Shown: in pieces, positions 35,055 through 42,670 of the stretch | Layout: each line of letters begins with the position of its first letter | Numbering within the stretch: the stretch's first letter is position 1 | DNA from: Alphaproteobacteria bacterium | Lineage (GTDB): Bacteria; Pseudomonadota; Alphaproteobacteria; UBA7887 | Reading direction: 5' to 3' | NCBI GenBank assembly: GCA_965216755.1 | Contig: CBDCGL010000011.1 | Location: 3,392,001-3,456,000, forward strand | Length of the DNA: 64,000 nucleotides | Notes under the pieces: generated by a model | The model's input: only the letters and a program-made list of their open reading frames with translations | The model's database searches: none | Told to the model about the DNA's origin: nothing | Made by a program: the position numbers and the translations under genes

Positions 35055-35894
35055 CAGTTTAGGTCACTCAGAAAACGTCAAATACAAGTTTGCGCGCCAT
35101 CATTGCGATGTACACATTTCTGAGACTTGAACGAGTTTTTGTGTTCCTCTTAGCAGTTAATCTCACATTGGGGGCATTTCGATCGATTTGGTCCGGTTTG
35201 GTTTTGGCTGACCAATTCGATGGGTCCTGTTTCTAATATATCAATGCATCGGAAAAGACGCGCGGGCTGCCCTTGATGCCGAGTGATGCCCGCCTGGAGC
35301 CAAGGCTGCTTCATAGGCTAAGAAACGAGACCCCGACAGCCATTTTGCCATCGGGGCCTCCACACTTATCTTATCCACGAACCCATTTCAGGGCCTTGCC
35401 GTCGACTATTTGTGCCTTGCCCGGCCGAAGGCTCTAACCAATCACTACACGCTTCCATCAACTATTCGGGCGCACCAACAAAAGTTTGGTCATGATGCAC
35501 CAGCCCTTCTAGCGCGCTTGTGCGCCATGGCCGTGAACATATCCGGAACGCAAGTAGCGTCAAGTGTGGCGACCGGACCAGCTTTCAATCTGCGGTCAGG
35601 GCAAAAACAATGCGACCTGCCCTTGGTGTCGCATCGGGGGGTCGACGGGCAGGTCGCTCTGTGTAGGTCAGTAAGTGAGTTCTTACACGACAACGTTACG
35701 ATATTGCAACGAGATTGTTATGCGCTGCGGAATGCCCCGGCGCAAAATGCCGCCTACTTACACGTGCGCCTGTTGTTCAGTGCCTTCAAACACTTGCGGT
35801 ACCTGGTTGACGCTCTCGCAAAACGAGAGCAGCATTTCCCTACGGCCCATGTGGGGATGGGTTCCTCCTGGGTCGTCCGAACAGGGAGGCAAAT

Positions 35895-36371
35895 ATGACA
35901 AGCAAGGTTATTGCATCCGCTGCCATTGGCGCATTGGTTCTTGTTTTTGGCTTTGGGCCGGCGTCGCAAGCTGCCGATTGCACAGGCCACGATGTACTGG
36001 TTACCGAAACATCCGAGACCATGGAAGTGGGTGAAGGTCACTCGATCATGCTCTTGAAAGCCCATAGCACTCTTGTGACCAACGATCCCAACAACATTTA
36101 CAATCTCACGATGGGTTCATGTACCGGCACGTTCGAGAATTTCGCCGACGGTACAAGTCAGGGTTCCGGTCATTGTGCCCGGACCGACAAGGACGGCGAT
36201 ACCCACAGTCTTTGGTGGTCGCAAGAGCGGGGCGCCGAAAAAGGGGAGTGGGGGGCACTTTCCGGCACCGGGAAATTCGCTGGCTTGGAAGACGGAGGCT
36301 GGTTTCAAACCGTGGCCGCTGAAGGAGCGATATTCGCAACCGCTTTTGATGGTGCCTGCGGTACCAATTAG
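35895..36371 (+). CDS. Hypothetical secreted beta-rich protein
   Basis: GGGAGG SD, signal peptide (..PASQA), C..TDKDGD and SGTGKFAG motifs reminiscent of dirigent/AOC-like barrels. Confidence 0.75.
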   Translation: MTSKVIASAAIGALVLVFGFGPASQAADCTGHDVLVTETSETMEVGEGHSIMLLKAHSTLVTNDPNNIYNLTMGSCTGTFENFADGTSQGSGHCARTDKDGDTHSLWWSQERGAEKGEWGALSGTGKFAGLEDGGWFQTVAAEGAIFATAFDGACGTN

Positions 36372-36609
36372 ATCTCGATAACCGGAACCGACTTGGGGGC
36401 CATGGGCTGAGCCTGTGGCCCCTCACTGTAGCGGCTCAAAGGTGTGGCCAGTGTAGCGCCCAGTTGTCGAAAGTGGGGCTGTTGTTTCCGGAAAAATGAA
36501 GCCAATTCTATGTGCCAATCCGAGGTGCGGCCGTCTTGAATTTTCGTTATCTGACTGAGGGTTATGGCCGATCTGGCGTCATCCCTAACGGTCCCGCTCC
36601 CTCCGCCAG

Positions 36610-36715
36610 CCAATAACGGTGTAACGGTGACAGTTTACTAAATACACCATATTCAGCACTGAAAAAATTGAATACACAAAATACGGTATGTTTAGTAAAC
36701 TGTCACCGTTATTGG
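36610..36715. repeat. REPIN-like hairpin element (copy 2, upstream of RAYT)
   Basis: 21-bp perfect IR TAACGGTGACAGTTTACTAAA (36622-36642 / 36691-36711); begins at the base after the att repeat. Confidence 0.92.
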
Positions 36716-36736
36716 ATGCCATTGGGAGGGTGATGC

Positions 36737-37408
36737 ATGGCGCGATTGGCGCGTCTAGTCGTTCCGGGCCTGCCACATCACGTAACCCAGCGTGGCAACC
36801 GTGGCGCCCGGACGTTCTTTCGCGATAGCGACTACCTGCTCTACAAACGCATGCTGGGCGAAGCGGTTGCCAAGTCGGGCGCCGAGGTTTGGTGCTATTG
36901 CTTGATGCCCAACCATGTCCATCTGATCGTGGTGCCGGCGAATGAGGATGGATTGCGCCAAACATTTGCCGACGCGCATCGGCGCTATACTCGGGTGATC
37001 AACGCGCGGTTGGAGGAATCCGGCCATCTGTGGCAGGGCCGCTTCGGTTCGGTCGTTATGGATGAAGGCCATTTGGCCAACGCGGTCCGCTATGTCTCGC
37101 GCAATCCGGTTCGCGCCGGCCTGACAGAGCGTGCCGAAGATTGGCCCTGGTCGAGTGTTGGTGCCCATTTGGCTGGCCGCGATGACGAACTGGTCACTGT
37201 CGCGCCGGTGTTGGAGCGCTACGGCGAATTTGCCGGTTTTCTGGACGAACCAATCGATGAAGATGTCGCCTATCAGGCCTTGCGCCGGTCCGAAACCACC
37301 GGCCGTCCATTGGGCAGCGACGCGTGGCTTCGCGATATTGAACAAAAGACGGGACGACAACTTCGGCCACAAAAACGGGGACCCAAGGAGAGCGCTGAAT
37401 TGCGGTGA
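36737..37408 (+). CDS. REP-associated tyrosine transposase (RAYT/TnpA-REP, HUH Y1 nuclease)
   Basis: HHVTQRGN, YCLMPNHVHL (HUH), HLWQGRF, YVSRNPVRAGL (catalytic Y), WPWSS; GGGAGG SD; hairpin repeats on both sides. Confidence 0.93.
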   Translation: MARLARLVVPGLPHHVTQRGNRGARTFFRDSDYLLYKRMLGEAVAKSGAEVWCYCLMPNHVHLIVVPANEDGLRQTFADAHRRYTRVINARLEESGHLWQGRFGSVVMDEGHLANAVRYVSRNPVRAGLTERAEDWPWSSVGAHLAGRDDELVTVAPVLERYGEFAGFLDEPIDEDVAYQALRRSETTGRPLGSDAWLRDIEQKTGRQLRPQKRGPKESAELR

Positions 37409-37410
37409 TT

Positions 37411-37515
37411 CTATTTCGGTGATTTCGGTGACAGTTTACTTAATACGCTATATATCGCCCTATGACTACCAAGAACACCAAATATAGCATATTTAGTAAA
37501 CTGTCACCGAAATGG
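37411..37515. repeat. REPIN-like hairpin element (copy 3, downstream of RAYT)
   Basis: 24-bp IR ATTTCGGTGACAGTTTACTTAATA (37422-37445 / 37490-37513, one mismatch), extended by GCTATAT/ATATAGC. Confidence 0.92.
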
Positions 37516-39003
37516 ATAGTCGATAGCGGCGATGACTCGTTGCAGGCTTCTCAGATCGACGCTTTCGGACGCGCGGGATGCCGACCGTGGCACGGCGGTG
37601 CCCATAACCATGGCGATCTCGTCGGCATGGACACCGGCACGGGCCAGGACCTCCGCGATGCCGGTCCGAAACGACTGGAAACCAAGCCTTGGGCGCGTGA
37701 TGCCCAAGGCGCGGCGATGCCGCAAAAAGCGCTTGCCCATATCACGACTTTGGCCGGCGGTGTCTGGAAGCAACCACGGGCCTTTCACTTGCGCGGCATA
37801 AGCCATCAAGCCCGCCCGCAACAGCGCGGCGTGGATCGGAACCTGTCGGGTCCGGGTGGCGCGGGGCGTTTCAACATGAAAAAAGGGAACGCGCTGCAGC
37901 TCACGCAAATCGGCAATACGCAGCCGGCAAATCTCACTTAGACGCATGCCGCTAAAAGCGGCAATTAGGCTCACCCAATAAACCGCCACGGCATCGCTCG
38001 ATTGATCGAGCCGGCTCTCCGTGGGCGGCCGCAAAATGGCCTTCAATTCCGCCGTTGCGAAGGGGAGAAAGGCGTTGTGGCCGACGGCCGGTTCAGCGAT
38101 CCGCTGGCCTTGTGCCGGGTTGTCAGCACACAATCCGCTTTGTTTCGCCCAGCGAAACAAGGCCGCCAGCGCCGCGACATGGCGGTTGACCGTCTTCGGG
38201 GCCAATCCCAGGGCGTTCTGCAACGTGCGGATATGGGCCGTCACGTCGGCGCGTGCGACGTCGCCGATCTGGACTTCGCCGAAATGGTCCGCGAATCGGG
38301 CCAAAGCATAACGATAATGGGATGCGGTCTTGATCGACCGATGCGATGGGGCGCCGGGCTCCATGGATCCAACAAACGCCGCCACGGCGTCCCGCACCGG
38401 CTGCCACGTCGTGGATCGGCGTTTGGTCGGAACAAGGGCGGCGAAGGCGGTATCGGCATTTGCGAGCCGCGGTGTTGGCGGTTCGATGCCGGCGATAAAG
38501 CCCTGGGTTCCGGAAATTTGGCCGCCCAACCGCGCCGTGGCGATGGCCGTCACGGTGCTATCGTTTGGCACCCAGCCGCGTCGTTCGGCGATCTTGACGG
38601 CCTGTCGGCGTCGTTGGTCCCAGTTGTCCGCGCCAAAGCCCAGATTGGCCGCACGCTCGTCGCGTTCGCGAACCAGCGCGGCAAGCACCGCTTCGGGCGC
38701 CGCCCCGGCAACCGCGCCACGGTCAACCCACGCATCGAACACGACGCGCGCGGTGGCGTCGCGAATGGCGCGCAAATCTTCGTTCGTGGGGCGAAGGCGG
38801 CCGCGCCGTAGTTTCTGGAACTGGCATTGCCAGGCGTCGAGAACACGATCCCTACGCTGCGCGGCGACCGCCGCGTCATGGGTATTGAGGGCCTGCCAAA
38901 GCGCCTGCCTGTTGAGGTGGGCGCGGATATCTTCCGGCACGCGCTTTACGGCATACCAGCCGCGGCCCTTGCGATAGGTTAAGTGCGATGCGGATCTGCC
39001 CAT
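37504..39003 (-). CDS. DUF6538 + tyrosine recombinase-fold protein with degenerate active site
   Basis: N-terminal WYAVKRVPEDIR..LNTHD; SGMRLSEI.RL..D, RQVPIH; FQSFRT and MGTA replace the usual FHSFRH and LGH; no catalytic Tyr. Confidence 0.85.
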   Translation of the reverse strand: MGRSASHLTYRKGRGWYAVKRVPEDIRAHLNRQALWQALNTHDAAVAAQRRDRVLDAWQCQFQKLRRGRLRPTNEDLRAIRDATARVVFDAWVDRGAVAGAAPEAVLAALVRERDERAANLGFGADNWDQRRRQAVKIAERRGWVPNDSTVTAIATARLGGQISGTQGFIAGIEPPTPRLANADTAFAALVPTKRRSTTWQPVRDAVAAFVGSMEPGAPSHRSIKTASHYRYALARFADHFGEVQIGDVARADVTAHIRTLQNALGLAPKTVNRHVAALAALFRWAKQSGLCADNPAQGQRIAEPAVGHNAFLPFATAELKAILRPPTESRLDQSSDAVAVYWVSLIAAFSGMRLSEICRLRIADLRELQRVPFFHVETPRATRTRQVPIHAALLRAGLMAYAAQVKGPWLLPDTAGQSRDMGKRFLRHRRALGITRPRLGFQSFRTGIAEVLARAGVHADEIAMVMGTAVPRSASRASESVDLRSLQRVIAAIDYPFR

Positions 39004-39219
39004 AGATTGGACATAGAGGCGGGACCGCAGCAGGGAAAGAGCGCCGGTCAAATTGTTTGACCGGTGGGTTTTCATGTTTGACCGTGAAATGGCTGTGCAC
39101 CAGTTGTTTAGGTGCAATATGTGGCGCCTTCGGGCGGCACGGGTGCCCGCCGCCCGGCGGTATTGGCGCGACCATCGCCGGTGCGCGGCGGGTCGCGTTT
39201 CATCACAGGGAGCTGTCTG

Positions 39220-39942
39220 GTGCGCTTGACCGATTTCGCGCTCTTGAGCTTTGACTGCTACGGCACGTTGATCGATTGGGAGGCCGGCATTCTCGCCGCT
39301 CTCAGCCCGTTATTGGCGCGGCTGTCGCCGGCGCCCGCCGCCGAGGCGGTTCTGCAGGCCTTCGCTGGCCACGAATCCGCGCAGCAGGCGGCGACGCCCG
39401 ACATGGCCTATCCTGACGTGCTGCGCCATGTCCACCAGCGCTTGGCCGCCGATTGGGGCGCGTCGACCGATCCGGGGCTAGACAAGGCTTTCTGTGCCTC
39501 AATCGCCGACTGGCCGCCCTTCGCCGACACGGTAACGGCCCTGGCCTATTTGAAGCAGCACTTCAAGTTGGTGATTTTGTCGAATGTCGATCGGGCCAGT
39601 TTCGCCCACAGCCAGCGCAGCTTGGCGGTCGCGTTCGACGCCATTTATACCGCCCAAGATATCGGGTCCTACAAACCGTCATCGGCCAATTTCGCTTATC
39701 TGACAGATCATGTGCAGACCGATTTCGGACTCGCCAAAAGCGATATCCTGCATGTCGCGCAGAGCCTCTACCACGACCACGTGCCGGCTGAAAAAGCCGG
39801 CATCGCCCGGGTTTGGATCGATCGCCGCCACGGCCGGGTGGGGGGTGGCGCCACGAAACTGCCGGATCCCATGCCGTCGGTCGATTTTCGTTTCACCGAT
39901 CTTGCCGGTTTGGCCGCGTCGCACCGGCTGGAATTGGCCTAA
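39220..39942 (+). CDS. Haloacid dehalogenase type II
   Basis: LSFDCYGTLIDWE, ILSNVD, SYKP, HVAQSLYHDH. Confidence 0.93.
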   Translation: MRLTDFALLSFDCYGTLIDWEAGILAALSPLLARLSPAPAAEAVLQAFAGHESAQQAATPDMAYPDVLRHVHQRLAADWGASTDPGLDKAFCASIADWPPFADTVTALAYLKQHFKLVILSNVDRASFAHSQRSLAVAFDAIYTAQDIGSYKPSSANFAYLTDHVQTDFGLAKSDILHVAQSLYHDHVPAEKAGIARVWIDRRHGRVGGGATKLPDPMPSVDFRFTDLAGLAASHRLELA

Positions 39943-39956
39943 CCGACAGCTGCGCC

Positions 39957-40682
39957 TTACGGTTTGGCTTTGGCCGCCAACCGAGCACGCACTTTGTCAC
40001 TGTTGAGTTCGCGCGAGACGTCCGCGCCAACCCAACGCGCCGCCGGCTGGTCGTTGCGCCGCAACGCCGCAGCGCAATCCAAGGCGGCCCGATGCAGCAC
40101 GTGATTGCGCTTGCCAATTTGGCGCAGCGCCCAACTTGCCGCCTTTTTGACCAGATTGCGGTCATCCGTGGCGGCCTTGGCGATGGCGGGCAGAAAGGCG
40201 AGAAAACCGTCATCGGCCGCCTGCTTGTCGTGTACCGCCAGGTTCGCCATCAACACCAGCCCGGCGCGTTTGGTGAATTCCGCGCGGCGGCGCGACCAGA
40301 TGCGCGCTTTGTTCCATGCCCACGGCGTGCGATCGAACAATTTGCCGCACACGCCGTCGCAGACATCCCAAGAGTCGATGTCGCGCACCCAGTCGTCCAT
40401 CTGACGCGGCGTCACGTTTCGCGGTTCGTCAATCATGGCCGCCAAGAGACGCGCATCGCGATAGCCGGTTTGCCAAAGCGCCAATGCCAACGCGTGGTCG
40501 CGGCCGTGCCGCCTGATCAGTGCGCGCGCGTGCCTGTGAAGCGCGGTCACGGGCACGCCAAGATTCCGGGTCGGATTGATGCCGTAACGGGCCATGCCGC
40601 GCACATTGTCGGCTTGGCCACTCTTGCTGAGTTGATCAACGATTTCGGCCGCCAGCTTGGCGCTGACATCTGGGGTCGCCAT
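39957..40682 (-). CDS. DNA alkylation repair protein (AlkD-like HEAT-repeat family)
   Basis: GMARYGI, DSWDVCD, DDRNLVKKAASWALRQIGKRN. Confidence 0.9.
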   Translation of the reverse strand: MATPDVSAKLAAEIVDQLSKSGQADNVRGMARYGINPTRNLGVPVTALHRHARALIRRHGRDHALALALWQTGYRDARLLAAMIDEPRNVTPRQMDDWVRDIDSWDVCDGVCGKLFDRTPWAWNKARIWSRRRAEFTKRAGLVLMANLAVHDKQAADDGFLAFLPAIAKAATDDRNLVKKAASWALRQIGKRNHVLHRAALDCAAALRRNDQPAARWVGADVSRELNSDKVRARLAAKAKP

Positions 40683-40789
40683 GGCACGGTGACTGTGGTG
40701 CAATCCTCGCCGTCCGCCAACAAAAAAAGCGGCGCGATGCCTGCAACATCGCGCCGGAACTCACGCCAGAATTGGGCGTGGCGGTCTGG

Positions 40790-41464
40790 TCAGTTGATAA
40801 TTTGCCACGACCCGTCGGGCTGACGGCATGCGGTACCGTAGAGCTGTTGCTGCTGGTTGCCGACGATGACATTGGTTTGATATTCGCGACAATAGCGGCC
40901 ATCGGTTTGCTGGTACGTGTTGGTCGGTGTCATCTGATATGTCGCGCCAGTATCGGGATTTTGCCAGGCGACTGTTTGATTCGATGGGCCGTGCTCCAAG
41001 ACACCGCCGACACAGTTGTGATCAACCTGATCCATGCTGCGGCCGATGCTGCCGCCGATAATACCGCCGATAAACACGCCAGCGCCGACCGCCGCGAGTT
41101 TGCCCGTGCCTTTACCAATTTGAGAGCCGATCAGGCCACCGGCCGCGGCACCGATGGCGCTGCCGACAAGGTCGCGGTTACAGTTGCCGATACCGATATC
41201 AAAGGGGGGTAAATAGCCGGCGGCCAGATCGAGGTCGGCAACGTGATTGGCGTGGTGCTGGCTGTGTTTGCGTCGATAGCCGTGCGCCGGCGCCCATGGC
41301 GGCGGCCCCTGATGATTGTGATATTCGACATGGGAATGATGCGCCTTGGCGGGAGCCTTTTTCCACTTTTTGTGCTTACCGCCGGCCTCTGCGATGGAAG
41401 CGTTGACCGAGACAAAGGCAAGCAAAAACATCGAACAGATCGCGACCAGGGCTTTGCGGCGCAT
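40790..41464 (-). CDS. 17-kDa surface antigen-like (glycine zipper) secreted protein with His-rich N-terminus
   Basis: Signal peptide, GPPPWAPAHGYR, Gly zipper, WQNPDTG, CREYQ...YGTACRQPDGSW. Confidence 0.87.
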   Translation of the reverse strand: MRRKALVAICSMFLLAFVSVNASIAEAGGKHKKWKKAPAKAHHSHVEYHNHQGPPPWAPAHGYRRKHSQHHANHVADLDLAAGYLPPFDIGIGNCNRDLVGSAIGAAAGGLIGSQIGKGTGKLAAVGAGVFIGGIIGGSIGRSMDQVDHNCVGGVLEHGPSNQTVAWQNPDTGATYQMTPTNTYQQTDGRYCREYQTNVIVGNQQQQLYGTACRQPDGSWQIIN

Positions 41465-41638
41465 GTCATTCCTCCGGAAACGTCGGGCGAGGGTCCAAAT
41501 CGGGCAATGACAGCAATATGGACCGAATTCGGGATCCGACCAGTTGTCACCCGGGCCTGTTTCGCTGGCCTAGCGGTGTCGGCAAGCGGCCTTTGATTTC
41601 CGGCCGAATTCAGGGGCGCCGTGTTATAGACTGAAGCT

Positions 41639-42661
41639 GTGAAAACCTTGGTTACAGGGGCGACCGGTTTTGTCGGGTCGGCGGTGGTACGGCACCTGGT
41701 TGCCGACGGCCATGATGTGCGCGCGCTGGTTCGGCCGGGCAGCGACCGGCAAAATCTGTCGTCTGTCGGCGTGACCCTTGCCGAAGGCGATCTGTTGGAC
41801 CCGACCTCGTTGGCGGCGGCGATGGCCGGCTGCGACGGTCTGTTTCATGTCGCCGCCGACTATCGGCTCTGGGCCCGCGATCCGGGCGAAATCTTCAGAT
41901 CGAACGTGGATGGCACGCGCAACGTCTTGTTGGCCGCCAGGGTGGCCGGCGTGGCGCGCATTGTTTACACCAGCAGTGTCGCCGCCTTGGGGTTGGGCCG
42001 CGACGGCGCCGCGGGCGATGAGACCACCCCCGTCGACCCTGGCGATCTGATCGGCGCCTACAAAACCTCAAAATGGCGGGCGCAGTCATTGGTGTTGGCG
42101 ATGGCCCGCGATGAAGGGCTGCCGGTGGTCGTGGTCAATCCGTCGACGCCGGTCGGCCCCGGCGATATCAAGCCGACACCCACCGGCGCCCTGGTGCTGC
42201 AAGCCATGAGGGGGCAGATGCGCGCCTATGTCGACACGGCGTTAAATATTGTCCATGTCGATGACGTGGCCCGTGGCCACCTGTTGGCGTTCGACAAAGG
42301 TCGGGTCGGAGAATGTTACATATTGGGCAGTGAGAATCTGTCGTTGCGGGAAATCCTTGAGGTTATCGCCGAGCTGACCGGCGGTCCACGCCCCCGGGTT
42401 CGGATCCCCCATGGCGCCGTTTTGCCCGTCGCCTATGGCGCCGAGTTGCTGGCCAAATTCACCGGCCGTACCCCATTGGTAACGGTTGCCGGGGTCAAAC
42501 TGTCGCGCAAGCAGATGCGCTTTCGCAGTGACAAAGCGCGCCAACAACTGGGCTACGATCCGCGCCCGGCGCGGGCTGCTTTGCAGGACGCGGTCACCTG
42601 GTTCCACGATAGGATGGGAACGGCCGGGTCGCCGACATTTACGCCAAATCCTGTCAAATGA
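41639..42661 (+). CDS. hpnA: NAD-dependent epimerase/dehydratase, HpnA-like
   Basis: GATGFVG, HVAADYRLW, YKTSK, VNPSTPVGPGDIKPTPTG. Confidence 0.8.
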   Translation: MKTLVTGATGFVGSAVVRHLVADGHDVRALVRPGSDRQNLSSVGVTLAEGDLLDPTSLAAAMAGCDGLFHVAADYRLWARDPGEIFRSNVDGTRNVLLAARVAGVARIVYTSSVAALGLGRDGAAGDETTPVDPGDLIGAYKTSKWRAQSLVLAMARDEGLPVVVVNPSTPVGPGDIKPTPTGALVLQAMRGQMRAYVDTALNIVHVDDVARGHLLAFDKGRVGECYILGSENLSLREILEVIAELTGGPRPRVRIPHGAVLPVAYGAELLAKFTGRTPLVTVAGVKLSRKQMRFRSDKARQQLGYDPRPARAALQDAVTWFHDRMGTAGSPTFTPNPVK

Positions 42662-42670
42662 GGTGATTCC

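Larger units (their letters stand above)
32614..36609. mobile_element. Decayed genomic island integrated at tRNA-Ser
   Basis: 18-bp direct repeat TCCCGCTCCCTCCGCCAG at 32614-32631 (tRNA 3' end) and 36592-36609; integrase remnant next to the tRNA; lower-GC interior. Confidence 0.9.

Noticed and set aside
35410-35898. 162-aa ORF in the island
   Set aside because: TTG start without an SD, no recognisable motifs, and it overlaps several hairpins; probably non-coding.
36737-37408. IS200/IS605 insertion sequence with TnpB
   Set aside because: No tnpB is present; the protein motifs and the flanking repeated hairpins fit RAYT instead.
39096-39116. NtrC box (TGCAC...GTGCA)
   Set aside because: The half-sites are 11 nt apart instead of 7; kept only as an unassigned palindrome.
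41639-42661. Hopanoid biosynthesis cluster
   Set aside because: Only an HpnA-like gene is present; no shc or hpnCDE in the window.
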